64,000 nucleotides of DNA from Octopus vulgaris (Eukaryota): contig OX597820.1 of NCBI GenBank assembly GCA_951406725.2, positions 50,406,001-50,470,000 of the forward strand, given 5' to 3'. Both the position numbers and the translations under genes were made by a program. This document shows positions 14,154 to 28,534 of the stretch, piece by piece; position 1 is the first letter of the stretch; the number at the start of each line of letters is the position of its first letter. Below the pieces are notes generated by a model. It was not told the DNA's origin. It did not search any database and saw nothing but the letters and a program-made list of their open reading frames with translations.

Positions 14154-16307
14154 AATTTCTTTTTAGCATCTTGTACGATGTGTTGACGTATGTTTTGTGT
14201 TACGTATGTTTTGTTATACTAAAATATTTTCTTTCATTCTGAGGAGAGCTATTAGCCTCAATATTTAAAAAAATTCGTAGGTCCGCAGGCACCTTTCTCT
14301 CTTGAATATACAAGGGCAATAATGACGGCACCCTACCATTTCCTTTGTAATTTTTATATTATAATTGTTTCTATCTACTTCACTAAGCTTATGCTTTCTT
14401 TAGCAACTAGCATCTATTTTCCCATCAATGTCACCAACTGTATTTTCCAATTCTTCATCTTTGCGCAATACGTGCTCCATCTTCATCTTCACTAAGAATG
14501 TCAAGTTTATTTGTACAATAATCACTCCTTCAAATGGCATTTTGCCCGTAAAGTCTTTGCGCTTCCATGATTTTATCGCGATACTATATTCAAACCAAGT
14601 AATATTCTGATCTTCCACTCCACAAAAGTTCTCTTCAAGTCAGATACTTATCATTCGCTAAGTTCTCTCAAATGCGCGCGCTGTGTAACTATAAGTATGA
14701 AAATGTATCCTAGCATATTTCGTAGGGCACATCGAGACAAACGTTTCAAATAATTCACTTGATCGAATTTGGAGCTATACAGAGTCTTTTTAGAGTGACT
14801 AAGAAGCACAAGAAGCAAATTCAAACCACATGACCACCGAAGTAGTTTTAGCAACAGACAACGGCCAATTTGAATGTGGAATTAGTGTCGTCGTAGCCGA
14901 AATCAGAACCTAAATGGGCCAGGTAAGTCACAAAAGGAATTTTCTTGAACGTTCTACGAAATCAACCATCCTAACTTAACTTAGGTTCGTCACTTTGTCG
15001 AACCCGCAAGATATAAATCAAAATTCATGTCGTAGGATCTGAAATTAGAACGTAAAAATAACACAAATACCCCAAGGTATTTTTCCAGCTCCCTGGGTAT
15101 TGCGTCACACCACGGCATATCTGATATAGGGTATTACAACTTGTCTTAGATATCTAATAGTTTGGAGAAATACGGTTGTAATTCAATGCAAGGTGGAACC
15201 TAATTGTCTGTGATTAAAATTAGTGTTATTTTTAGCATAACCACTATTATATACATTCACCAAATAAAATAACTCCATCAAGTTTCATGACATATCAGAC
15301 TCAATTGATGCTATCCACCTTTCAACATCTAATTACCATAAGCCCATTCTCTCCATGTAAACTTTGCAATGAAATCTTCACCTGTGGATGAGGTGCCGTT
15401 GATGAAACCTACACAGTTAGTACTTATAGTCGTTTGTAAAAACAATCAGAGAGTTATCGAGCCGGTTGTCAGTCTCTAAGTTGAATACTTACTACGCCAA
15501 CCAGCTGTAGATTTACGGATTTTTTTTTCTTTCAATACACTGCATCCTATTTCCTCAGATTTAAGGAAATAAGCAGTTATCGCCAACATGAAAGCCTGCG
15601 TTTCGTTTGAAATAAATTCATGTCTTATCTTACAATGAATGTTTTCCCTTGTCACGATCGCCATGATTGCTGCGATCGCTACAAGGTATCTTCCTTGTTA
15701 AATTCCAATAATCATGTGCATAAGGAGGTTTTGGTTACATAAATCGTCTACAGTTTTGTACAAACCGCATTCAGCTCTTCGGTCAACTAAACGACCACTG
15801 CGTCCTAAGGAAAGCGATGGGAAATTCGGCAGCTAAATACAAATTTAACTTAACCAGCAAGCTGAATCATCGTGACAGTATAAGTCTCAAAGCAGGGCTC
15901 TTAAATTTGGCAAAATTTTAGAATCTTATAAGCTTTTATTCTAGGTGTCTTCCCTTTGGATTTTAAACTCAATCGAGAGAAATTTCAATTTTCATTCACT
16001 GTCTTCAAAATAAAGTACCAATCCAGGATTTTGGATGGGCAAAATTGGTAAAACGTCGAACGAGTTGCTTTGCAGTATCCTGTTCAGCTCTTTGCTTCCT
16101 AACATTATTGCTTGCAATATCGATGGTCATAAACTGTATCCGCTGTTAACTTTCTATTAGAAAATATTTTCGGAACGGGGAGATGAGAGTTTCATGTATG
16201 AGAAAGCGGTTGGGTTCCATAACACATAACTTTGCCTGGTCTACTGCCTGAGAGATTGCAGATGTAAAAAGGCACTAAATTGTGTCTCTGTATATACGTG
16301 TTCGTAT

Positions 16308-16515
16308 ATGCCTGACGCCAGGAGCGACTCATAAAGTCAAAATTACTAATATAAATAAACACATCGTACCGAAACAATTCTCGAAACATGTCATTTAAAA
16401 ACAGAATGCGGCTAAATTCTGTTTTTAAACGACCTGCTTCGAGAATTGTTTCTGTACGTTGTGTTTATTTATTTTAGTAGTTTTGATTTTAAAAGTACCT
16501 CCTAGCGTGAGGCAT
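16308..16515. repeat. ~100-bp-arm foldback (imperfect palindrome)
   Basis: ...gaaacaattctcgaaacatgtcatttaaaaacagaat [gcggctaa] attctgtttttaaacgacctgcttcgagaattgtttc...; arms extend to atgcctgacgccaggag / ctcctagcgtgaggcat. Confidence 0.85.
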
Positions 16516-16654
16516 CTATGTGTAAAAATGCCCTCTATGTAATATAAATAAATAAATTTAAAGGAAAAACATTGATGGTTTATTTTTCTCTTATAAGGTT
16601 TTTCACGCTAACTACTAGATAAATTCTTATGAAGATTTTATCCTATTTTTAAAT

Positions 16655-16735
<81 letters not shown>

Positions 16736-18056
16736 TATATATACATACATATATATGGACATGTTTGCATGTATGCGCATTCAAATGTCTGACAGAGTTT
16801 GAGTAAGATAGTTATATACGTGCATACAAGAAAGCGTATATATGAAAGGGTGCATATTTGGTCTTGTCTTTTTTGGGTACTGCTGATTATGTGTGCGCCT
16901 TACAGTGCATGCGTATCTTTGTATAATTGCTAATTTAATACTAATTAATAAATTCTTCTTTCTTTTCCCTTTCATTGAAAATTTACATTATTTTATACAA
17001 CTAAATTCAATGAATTTTATTTGTTTCTGTGTTTAGAGTGTGACTGCCTTCACATTTGCCTGGTGCTATTGCTATTTTTCATCATTTCTTTCTATTTATG
17101 ATCTTGATCCTTATCATTTCATCATCTTGCTTTCTTTCAAGTACTGGCATATTCACCAATTCTAGTCTTCTCTCATCGTGCAATTCATGGCTTATATTTC
17201 TGAATAACTTTCACGTCTCACATGGTCCAACACTTGCCCATTCGGTAATCTGTACCTCCAGCTGAAAATGAAATAAGCGAATAGTTCTATGTAAATTGCT
17301 ATTGATTAATATTTGCTTCTAAACCGCATCATCATCTACTTATAATTAATAGTTTTCCGTGAACTTTGTGATACTAGGTTCGATTTCATTTTAACAAATT
17401 GATATTAAATTTGCTATACGTAATAAAAAATATCGATTTGAGACGCAAAATTTAAACAAATCTTCATCTTGCTCTATAGTATAGCTATATATTTAGTTAT
17501 TCTGTCTTGAACATTACGGTAACTAATAACCTAAATTATTGAAATCTATTAAAAAGTCCTTTCTATAGCGTTAATACACTTAACTTGGTCAGTGATGACA
17601 GACTTGTTCAATATATAAATACAAGCTACAAAAAAAATATTGTATCACTATATCTCATAAATATAGCTTGTTTAGAGACCAAAGGTTTGTAAAAACTATG
17701 AAGAGAATATACTAAAACCTATCACTATAGCTAATACAAGTATCTGGCTTAGTGACCACGTATTTAAAAAGTTTTGCTAGACTATATAACACTTTTAAGT
17801 ACATTTAGTCCTTGTTCTCCATTTCGTATTTTCCAAGTATAGCAATAATATGATTTTACAATGTCTTGTATGTTTGCACAATACAATACTGTCTGGTCAT
17901 CTATATCAAATCAATGCTTATTTCTTGTATTTGACGTAACTCAAATATAATACAGTAACCTGATTATGCTAGTAGTATCCCGTGGTGTGTTGCAGTATCC
18001 GAGAAAAATGTCAACTCCATGTTATGATCTCACTATATATATATATATATATATAT

Positions 18057-18474
18057 AAAGGGCTTAGTAAAATAAATTACTTTGCCGCATACTGAACTCA
18101 TTAGAAATAGCAGCTAAAAACTTTTTTAAAGCTATTTCTAATACTTAAAATAGATAGAAGTGTTGTTTTGACTAATCTTGAAACGTACGTTCTCAAATAA
18201 CCTTAGCATTTGATTTTTTAATGTCCTTACCCCCAAACTTTTGTGAGTTGAATTAAGCAAACACTATATATAGAGATTTGCTTTAAGTATTAGAAATAGC
18301 TTTAAAAAAGTTTTTAGCTGCTATTTCTAATGAGTTCAGTATGCGCAAAGTAATTTATTTTACTAAGCCCTTTTATATAATGTAATAATTTGAATTCGCC
18401 TTAAATGGTCCCTTTGCATACTGAACACTTGGTGAAATTGATTAATAATTAATTAATTTTACCCTCAATTGTTG

Positions 18475-18475
<1 letters not shown>
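18057..18475 (+). mobile_element. Second copy of the 13-kb Penelope/retrozyme-like family, with 5' inversion
   Basis: Inverted arm 18057-18149 matches 18282-18373 (one indel). The forward part starts inside the hammerhead and keeps GAAAC-GTAC-GTT-ctcaaa (18180-18197). Flanked by (TA)n. Confidence 0.7.
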
Positions 18476-18508
<33 letters not shown>

Positions 18509-18545
18509 CTCTCTCTCAATAACTATATATAAATCTCTCTCTCTT

Positions 18546-18617
<72 letters not shown>

Positions 18618-20635
18618 CTGTGTGAGTGTGTGTGTATATCTATTTGTATCTACGTATGTAGGTAGGTAAGTATGCTGAAGCACATTAAATTTCTTGAACA
18701 ATGAGACTTGAACTCTCGCTATGAAATGAATTCTTTTATTTTCTGGCAGAACTTAAGATAAATTAATGAAAGTAAAGCTTAAACTATTATAATAAATGAA
18801 GAATTAATTCATATTTGTGTAATTGGATTTATCTATAAGTTTCATTACAAGTTGACTAATCTTGCGTATCTTTTGAGTAGGTATTTGGTAGGAAATAATA
18901 ATTTTGTTTATCTCTATATTCTATTAGCATCTATTAAAACGATATAAACATTGGAAAGCAAATAATCCTTCATAATGGGTCTTGAAATTGTGACCACCAT
19001 AGCTTTTGTGATTCTTTACACCCCACCCCCGCATCTTCTGTGATTCTTAACAATTGGATTACAAAAATGTGAAAGATTTTCCTCGTTCAATCAGGTGGAA
19101 TATTTATCATTATCATCTACTGTAAACACTAAGTACCCATCTACTGTCTTCTACAGACACATGTCACATGCTTCAATGCGTGTCGGATTTAAAGTTTTTT
19201 TTTTCTGTGTCATTCTTCTTTTAAATTATTGTATAGAACGTAACATTTTTCACGTACGTGTAATATCTTCATAATATGCATCTTGACAAAATGTCCAAGT
19301 CATGTATTGATAGAAAGTAAACGTTTTAAAACATTATTTCCTTGTTTTCTTTAGCTATTATTTAATGTTATCTAGATGAAATGTGATAGTTATTCTGTAA
19401 CTTTAATTCCTTTCCCGTATGATACGCTATTTTCTCAGCAATTATCCAGTAACAGCAATTTCATTATAGTTATTTTCTTCAGGTCTGTTATACAGTAGGA
19501 CAGGTATGTGCAAATGCAACAATGCCATGAACATCCCAAATTTGGGAGCGAGCGACACACACTGTGATTAAAAAAGACTAGTCTGGGCGATATATATTTA
19601 TGATGCTCGTAGGAGACGCTTTGACACAGCTGTGATAAGAATCACAACTGAAATAAAATACAAAAGCAAGTAAAGTAGCAGTACTCAAATCTGAGGAACT
19701 GTTGCTAATACCGACATACAACGCGGGGTGTGTGTGTGCTTAAAATGAATGTTGCAAAGGTGCCGCTAGAAGTGGATTTTTTCACTCTTGGTGGCAACCG
19801 TATTATACTGCATAAAGTATAAGTCACTTTTCTAAGTGCACAAAATGGGGAAGGAAAATTGGTCAGGCACTTCAATGGAATTATTGACACAGAACGATTA
19901 GAGGAGTATTGAGGTCATCCCGCATCTGATTAATTTCTCTAATGGTACACAGCTATTCGTAACAGTCTATAGGGAAACAATATGAGATGTCGCATTTGTG
20001 GTGAGACAAAACACTTGAATATTTTCTATTCCAAGCAATGAATAGGGAAAGCATCACTGCCACAAATACATGTAACTCAACACCAGTATTAAAATCACAG
20101 CAGCAGCACCAACGACAATACTAACAGCAGTAGTGCTCAGAGTAGCAGCATCCAAAACAAAAACAGCATTAACAGATGGAGCTGCAAAAGAGATCCACTG
20201 AACAACGTCAACAACGAACACCGGTAACCTAAACGAAAGAAACTATAATATCACCTGTACAATCGCAACCAAAATAATTTTCGCACGCACAAATCGACCA
20301 GGTCACCTTCTTACCTTGCAAACTTATTGCTCTTCTGGCCGCAGATTTCTCTGACTGTGAAAATCCGTCTGGTGAAGTAAAGAGTTTGGGAAAATCTTTC
20401 AGAATGGATATTAGACGAGGCAAAAATGAAACAAAGATTTAAAATTCGAAAGCATGGTACAAGACCTAAAATGAGAAATCTAGTGGAAGAAACACAGAAA
20501 ACAGCATTCCTACACATTCAACCATGCAAGAGCTTTGCGATGATTTTTGTCATTGCTAACACACAAGGAAGTTGCATATATTCTATGTGCTCTTACAAGC
20601 AAATTTCCATTCACAATCTAACGAACTTGCAACCA

Positions 20636-20937
20636 TCGTGAGGTTGTGAGCTCGAATCCCGGACCGGGCTGCGTGTTGTGTTCTCGAGCAAGGCACTTTA
20701 TTTCACGTTGCTCCAGTTCACTCAGCTGTAGAAATGAGTTGCGACGTCACAGGTGCCAAGCTGTATCGACCTTTGTCTTTCCCTTGGATAACACTGGTGG
20801 CGTGGAGAGGGGAGGCTGGTATGCATGGGCAACTGCTAGCCTTCCATAAACAACCTTGCCCGGACTTGTGTCTAGGAGGGTAACTTTCTAGGTGCAATCC
20901 CATGGTCATTCATGACCGAAGGGGGTCTTTACCCTTT
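20636..20937 (+). mobile_element. tRNA-derived SINE (family D), 5'-truncated
   Basis: B-box-like gagctcgaatcccggaccggg and a CORE-like segment shared with 2621-2880, but a distinct 3' half ending gaagggggtctttacccttta. Confidence 0.75.
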
Positions 20938-22284
20938 ATATATATATATATATACATTCATATGTGTGTGTAAGTGAGCGTGTGTGTGTGTGTAATGAAT
21001 AAATTCGATGATAATAAATGGAATCAACCTAGAAGCTGGTTTTACTATCTAGTTTCTAACGAGAATCACAACACCATATAACTCTGACAAAACTCCACTT
21101 CTGGTTTCCTCCAAACAAATCCGTACGAGTTTCTCTACATTCTTTTAGAAAATCGACTTGGAGTACTTACGTGAGGTAAACACCGATGTACTATTCGAAC
21201 CATGTGTCTTAAGCATCTTCTGCTTGTCCTTCTTTCGCATTTTTTCACCCTTTATACAGTATCTGCCGTCAGCCATATCGCACTTATTAATTTGCTCCTC
21301 GTCTATGAATGATGACGGGCTAGTATTATTGAGAGAATAGGAATCTGGCTACCTCCTGCTCGATACTTTTCTGGTTGTCATCAGCCGATGCCATGGACAA
21401 CCCGAGATTTTCGGTTATCCTTGACACAGAAACGTTAATTTTCTGTAAAAAATGGGTTTCTGTACTCTAATTTGTGCTTCCCATTCTACCATTTACCTTT
21501 CATTTCCTTTGCAATTCCTCGAAGCACGAAGTCCTCAGATGTCACTTACTACCTCATATGTGACTGTTTGCCATTTTGCACTGCATCATCAGAAGTATCA
21601 CACATGAAGCTGCCTCTATAATTAAGTAGAGCTCTTAGGTATTTATGGATGCTGGAGATCATCAGGCCTAGTTTTATTTGGTTATAACATTCGACCATAT
21701 TATATCAGTTTTCGTCACTTCCGCATATATATAGTCTATTTTTTATCTGCTAGTAGGCCATGATAGGCTGAATGTTGGTTCATATTAAGAGTTTCTGTAT
21801 GGTTCACAACATCAGCAACTAATTTATTCCCAAATTTCTTGCTTTTGGTATTTGTGAAATTATATTTTTCTTGCAGTTTTCTTATTTGTTTAGCATTGTT
21901 CAAATTTTATCATTTTCCCTTTTATTCTTGTGTTTTATTAAATCCATGTTATTGCTTGTAGTATTTTCGATAGAATATTCAAAATTCTTAGAGGCGTTTA
22001 GCCGGAGGTAGAATTTGTTTTGTTGCAGAACTGAACGAAAGTTTACAAAATAAAATAGATATAAATGTTGGAACAGGATTCTCGGTTTTTCGAAATCCTA
22101 ATAATAGTAACACAATATTTTTATTTCCTAATAAAACAGGGTAATTCAACTATTCTACGAATCTGTGACAGAGGCACCAACTCTTCTGAAAGCACAGCAG
22201 CATCAAAACAAGTACAGCCCAAGAAACACTGACAATAACATCAGTAGCAGAGACGATAACAGCAACAACGACGATAATAACAAT

Positions 22285-22690
22285 AATGGTTTCAAATTTT
22301 GGCACAAGAGCAGGGAGAGGATTAAGTCGATTAGATCGATCCCGCCAGCTCGTAGCTGTTACTTATTTAATCGACCTGGAAAAGATGAAAGGCAAAGTCG
22401 TCTTCGGTGTAATTTGAACACTGAACGTAGCGACGGGCGAAATGCCTATTTCTTTTCTACCTACAAGGGGCTAAACACAGAGAGGACAAACAAGGACAGA
22501 CAAACGGATTAAGTCGATTATATCGACCCCAGTGCGTAACTGGTACTTATTTAATCGACCCTGAGAGGATGAAAGGCAAAGTCGACCTCGGCGGAATTTG
22601 AACTCAGAACGTAGCGGCAGACAAAATACCTATTTCTTTACTACCCACAAGGGGCTAAACACAGAAAGGACAAAGAAGGACAGACAAATT
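22285..22690 (-). mobile_element. SINE family B, internally duplicated partial copies
   Basis: Repeated aagtcgattatatcgaccccagt...ggatgaaaggcaaagtcgacctcggcggaatttgaactcagaacg; same family as 28.5-29.2 kb. Confidence 0.85.
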
Positions 22691-22894
22691 TTATCCTTAT
22701 CTGATATAAGCCGAAGTTAATAAATTCACCATTCAAAATAGTTTCAAAGGCAGGGTTAATAATAATAATTTCTACGCAGGAATATTTAGATGAATATCAT
22801 GAGAGCTTTTTTTTAATCTTAAATTCTTGTTGTTTTAGATCTATGTATAGATGAATGTGTATATGTAAGTATATTGTAAAGTGTTAATAAGTAT

Positions 22895-22948
<54 letters not shown>

Positions 22949-23169
22949 AAAAATATGTTACTTATATTTAATTTCTGAACGGGTTTGCTGCAGTTTGTTT
23001 CTGTAGTTTGATTTCTTTATCCACCAATTTCTACTAAGATAGTGACGCGGGTAAAATTAATAATAGAGAAACGACAATAAAACTTTGGAAACAGCCTAAC
23101 GGGTGATAATTAAGAAATACTTAAAAGTCGACGTAAGATCGTAATCACGTAAATAAAGTAAATATAGCA

Positions 23170-23370
23170 AATAATCCAGAATCCTCATCAGTTACCAGAT
23201 CGATCCCAAAATCTAATCAGTTTGTGCCATTCACGAGGCCAAACATCCCTGAAAGTTTCTTCCTAATCCATCCAACGGTTCTTGTATATTGTCAACGGAC
23301 AAATAAACAAACAGACAAACAAACACGACTGAAAACAATACCTCTGCCTTCACTAAAGCGGAGGTAATAA
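23170..23370 (-). mobile_element. HINE/DINE-1-like non-autonomous (Helentron-associated) element fragment
   Basis: Minus strand begins attacctccgc...gcagaggtattgttttcagtcgtg (short subterminal IR), then a (GTTT/GTCT)n tract and a core ending gattagattttgggatcgatc. This architecture is typical of HINE-type elements. Confidence 0.55.
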
Positions 23371-25941
23371 GTTATTTATTAATACCAAATTCCTATTGAC
23401 TTTCAGACCACAAAGTAAAATATGATGCAAAGGTGCTCCAAATGGTTTAGAAATGGACAAAAATAAAAATATTTATAAGTGAATATTTTAACAGTAATGA
23501 ATGGAAATTGTTACACACACATGTCCTAACATATTTATATAAAATATGGAAAACAGCAATTTACTATAGTTATAATTATATATAAAGGAAAATACACATA
23601 ACCCGGGTACTCCATGCTGATATGTATGCAAATACGTGCGTTGGTATTTCTTTTGATATTATCAAATGATCCGTATATATATTTGCAATCACAGTTAGTA
23701 TATAATAACTTACACGGTAGGATACTTTGGATTTAATTTCCGAACTACGCATTGAAGCTTTTACAAAATGAAATAGTTTAAGCAGTAGGACATATACATT
23801 CATTTTATTGCGCGTATGTTATTTTGATACAATAGCCCAAGTGATTTAATAAAAACAAAGCCGCTTCAAAATGTAAAGAAGTAGAGATCCCTATACGAAG
23901 TGCTTATTTTCAAAAACCAACTGTGCATAAAAAATGCTTTTATATTATTTTTATTTCATCGAAACTGGCTGCTATATGACTTGGCACATATTCTAAAGTG
24001 GTTGAATATATTCATGATTTTGAGTGTAAGATATATTTGTCAGTGGGAATTACTCAGTGGTGTAGCAGAAATTCCAGAATATCAAATTAAATAACATGCA
24101 TCTGTACGATAATGTGTCGATTTCAAATCCCATCTTTCCCTCTTTCCCTTCAAAGCTTGCAAAAATGAATAGTAACAAAAACAACTTTTCCGACAATCAA
24201 TATATGTGACGTTCACTATACTAATGAGTAAAGCTCTGTGTAATTTCCTCATGTGTAATAATTTATGCCATCTTAATTTGTGTCAGATAACTGCACGATA
24301 TGTGAAACTTGGACTTCGTTCCTGTTGGATGTATATATTACTTCTTGTACTAAAGTTTTCTGTGCGACTTTTTTTACATGATAATCTTGGCAGCTTTTAT
24401 AGTGATGTTTGATTCTATTGTTAATCCACACACATTGTGGTTCTCTCTTGTTTCTTGTCCAAATATGTTTAATATAGTCTTTCTCTGAAAGTCACAGTGT
24501 GTCTCGTTGGAATTAGTATCAATTGAAAAATATTTCAATTCCTGATGTTATAATCATACGCTCTATGTATCGTAATTGCAATCGTTGTAATTTCAATGTT
24601 TGTCATTATTTTTGCTGCGTTTTATAACTACATCTTGCTATTCTCTTTACTTTCTCTAAAAATTATTTCGCAAATAGCTGATATGCATATTACCTTATTT
24701 ATTTACATTCAATTTCGTTTTACGCGTTAATAAAATGAATTAATATCTCATCCTAACAAGTATTTTAATGTTTGTGTTGTACCCTATCCAGTTCATTAAT
24801 ATCTGCATAGTTTTACATGTGTGTTTCATGTAAATGTATTGACTATATTTCGATATCGTGATATTTCTGCTGGGAAACCTTCTCTTCAATGATATTGAAA
24901 TAATTCAGAGCAAAGGTTGAGAATCACGCACTCAACTCACTTGGTGACATGAAACACAACGTAAGAATTTCATGCATGTATATAATACTTTCCGGCATTG
25001 ACCAAACTGGCTCGAATCATAGAATGTAAACATAAGGTGTTTTTTTATCATTTCAAATTTAGTTAACATTTTATTTCTAAAAGCACCCTACATTTTTACT
25101 GAATAGCAACCTGTTGATGTAAATATTTCCGAAAAATAGTAAAATCTCACGTTATCTATGAATTACCTACTATTAGTTACTGCAAAACAATAGAGAATAT
25201 GGCTGCTTGATGAACGCTGCAAAATACCAAGCGTGCAAGTAAAGGAATGGATCTAATTTTAATAGATACTTTGTACGGCAACACATAACTATGTATTCAG
25301 CAAAAATATGTTAGTGCATGACAAAATATAATGTTAATACACAGAGAAGCAAAGTTTTGCGGTCAGATTCATACTGTGAAATAATTGAATAAGAGTCATT
25401 GTTCTCTTCAAAGAATTCAAAGTTCAGTTGTGTTGTAAAAAGTAGATTATATAATAAGGTAAATATTATCAGGAGAGAAAATATTATGGTATTAGAAAAA
25501 TTTATAAAAATATTTACGCAAGGAAATAAAAAAAGAATATCTGAGTATAAATTACTTGGGTAATATGTGGCACGTGGGGAGTGTGATTTTAAGTGTTCTC
25601 CAAAAAATGTACTACTTTTAATAAAATTAGTGCGAGAATCACACTATGAAAGAGTCTTGAGTACATACGAAATACGATAAAGTAAATGATATATATCCAG
25701 AATACAGTTCCATATTCAAAGATAATAAGATTCACTATTTTATAAATGCATTTACATAACCTATATCCGACGTTTTTACTCAATCTACTAAGCGCAACAC
25801 ATAGACGCAGAAATAAATTCTTTCAAACATATTTGTATGAAGCTACATAATCGAAACAATACAAATGCAATCGATTTAAAAAGGGATATTTTCAGTTTCT
25901 TCATCCGATAAAAGCAATTCAAAATATAGAATAAGAGATTG

Positions 25942-25985
<44 letters not shown>

Positions 25986-27334
25986 ACAATCTCTTTCATA
26001 GTTACGCCTTTTTATGTCTGTTGGCGGTGGGGCGAATTCGTACGGAATCCTTAGCATTTTCAATTATAAATATGAAAAGCTTTCTAGAAATTACACACAC
26101 ACATACACAGAATCTCTCTCTCTCTCTCACACACACACACGCGCATTCACATACACAACCATAACACACATACGTATATATTCCTTTAAGCTACTTTTGA
26201 AATTATTTGTACATCGATTATGTCATTTTCTGTCTGTCTTAATCTCTATCCATAATTTACTCAATCTATTGGCCTACATACCTATCTACTACAGATTATT
26301 TTTTATACATCTAATGGATTGCACTTAATCTATTTAACTGTCTTCTCTCTGCCATTACCATATATTTATTTTCCAGCTCATCTCCCTCCCTTTCCGCATC
26401 CCCATAATTCATATATACATACATACATACATACATACATACATACATACATACATACATACATGTATATATGTATGTGTGTCTGCGTGTGAGTGTGGGT
26501 GAATATGCCTCTCTGTGTGTGTATGTGTATGTATGTATATTTCCTATTTCTTAGTGTTATATCTGATACTGCTTTTTACTTCAAAAGACCAAACAAGCGG
26601 CTTTAAGTATGTTTACCTTTCGCTAGCCGTGACTTAACTCATGACAACAGTTGCAGATGATAGAACCGACTCAATATCTTTGCCGTCATCTTCAACTTTT
26701 TGGTGCCAAGTATTATCAACTACTAAACCGCAATGCTAACTTCCTTCATATTTTTCTATATGTGAAATTCTTTTCCCACCAGAGCAATATTTTTTATATC
26801 TTTTTATAAAGTATTTGTTCTAATTTTAATGTTTTATATTTGTTCATTGAACACAAGGATATATTTCTGTCAACGATACATACATATATACGTACAAACG
26901 AGGGCATACCTAAATATGAATGTAGCAGAATGTATACACACATCCATATACAAACAATCACACATACACACACATATATTTCAAAACATAATTATATATA
27001 TATACACACAAAGTGTATATCTTTGTGCTATTATGCATTTTACAAGTATCACTACTCGACAAACAAAAGCAGTTACTTCTTCAAGAAACTGCTTCATCAC
27101 ATCACTTTGTAATAGTATGAGAAAAGATAAAATACATACGCATACACAATAGATTTCCAATCGCTAAGAAAGAGTGTATAACTATCTATCTATCTATATA
27201 TGTATATATATATATATATATGAAGGCTTTGAATGACCCGTCTGTCTCTTATGTTCGTCCCTTCGTGTATTTCACGTTATTTATATATGTAAAGGTTTAT
27301 TCTATATGTATATATATATGTATATATATATGTA

Positions 27335-27430
<96 letters not shown>

Positions 27431-27435
27431 CATAT

Positions 27436-27545
27436 ATACGACGGGCTTTCAGTTACCATCTAGCAAATCTACTCACAAGGCTTTGGCTGGCCCGAGGCAG
27501 TAGTAGTAGACACTTGCCCGATGTGCCACGCAGTGGGACTGAACT
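27436..27545 (-). mobile_element. SINE family A, partial
   Basis: atacgacgggctttcagttaccatctagcaaatctactcacaaggctttgg...cagtgggactgaac matches the family A 5' half. Confidence 0.8.
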
Positions 27546-28534
27546 ACATTTAAAATTATAAATGGCTTAGTCAAAGCTTAAAAAGAAAACGTTAATTGGA
27601 ATTAGAAAATATTTGCCGTATCCCACAGTTGTGCTTTTTGTGTATAACTTATCATTCATTTCTTTAGAACCCGGTTGATTTGAATGCTCGTTAGCAAATT
27701 TTTTTTTTATGAGTTACTATTCATATATGATGATTTGTGAAGACACACATCAATAGCGATCCTTATGATAATAATTTGAGAGAAGACATTATAATCTATA
27801 GGTTAATTAAGAGGGATATCACCACGGCGGAAGGTGTTTCAAATTGGATGACTAAATGGATATAGGCTTAGGTAGACTATCTCCGGTATAAATTTATATA
27901 TTTGAAAACTTTCGAGTCGTTTTTACTCTCAACTGTAGTTTGAAACATCGTTGTCATTGGTGGTAGAAATATTATATGGCACAATTTAGAAGAAAAACAC
28001 GGGTGTCATTAATATTTCTTGCAATTTTGCAACATTATTAAATTGGCTATGAATCATTGGTTTCTTCAATACCAATGGCGCCAGTTGTGTGTATATGGGT
28101 AAAGAAATTATTTGATTAGGGGAATCACTATTCTGGTTAATTGGTTATAGACAGTGAAGATTAAGTTTTGTATTTTCTTAAATTCGGACGTTTGTTCGTG
28201 TCTGTATTTCGTCTCGATCAGTGATTGGAAACAATGTGATTTTGCATATACGTAACAATAAATATTGAATTATTTATATTCATGTTATTGAGATATTTTC
28301 AAGCCAACTTTGAACGAAAACAAAAATTTTCAATTTTCTAAATATTTCCCGAATTCTGAATTTTAATTTTCTTTAGTAATTGTATTTGCCAGTCTGTTCT
28401 TTAATCTGTGAACAATATCACGCACTCCCTGGTCATGGATATTTAGTTTATATACTAGTTATTATATGTGAATATAATATTTCAACTACTAAATATTCCT
28501 GATACATAGTGTTCTGCATTTTTATATAGAAAAA

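Larger units (their letters stand above)
12605..15150. repeat. Diverged ~350-bp inverted repeat pair (~12605-12955 / ~14775-15150)
   Basis: Anchors: atttcagatcctacgacatgaa vs ttcatgtcgtaggatctgaaat; atatgccgtggtgtg vs cacaccacggcatat; ttgcttcttatgcttctcagtca vs tgactaagaagcacaagaagcaa. Confidence 0.8.

Noticed and set aside
19960-20030. MRCRICGE zinc-knuckle-like peptide
   Set aside because: Too short and decayed. Possibly an R4-type remnant, but unsupported.
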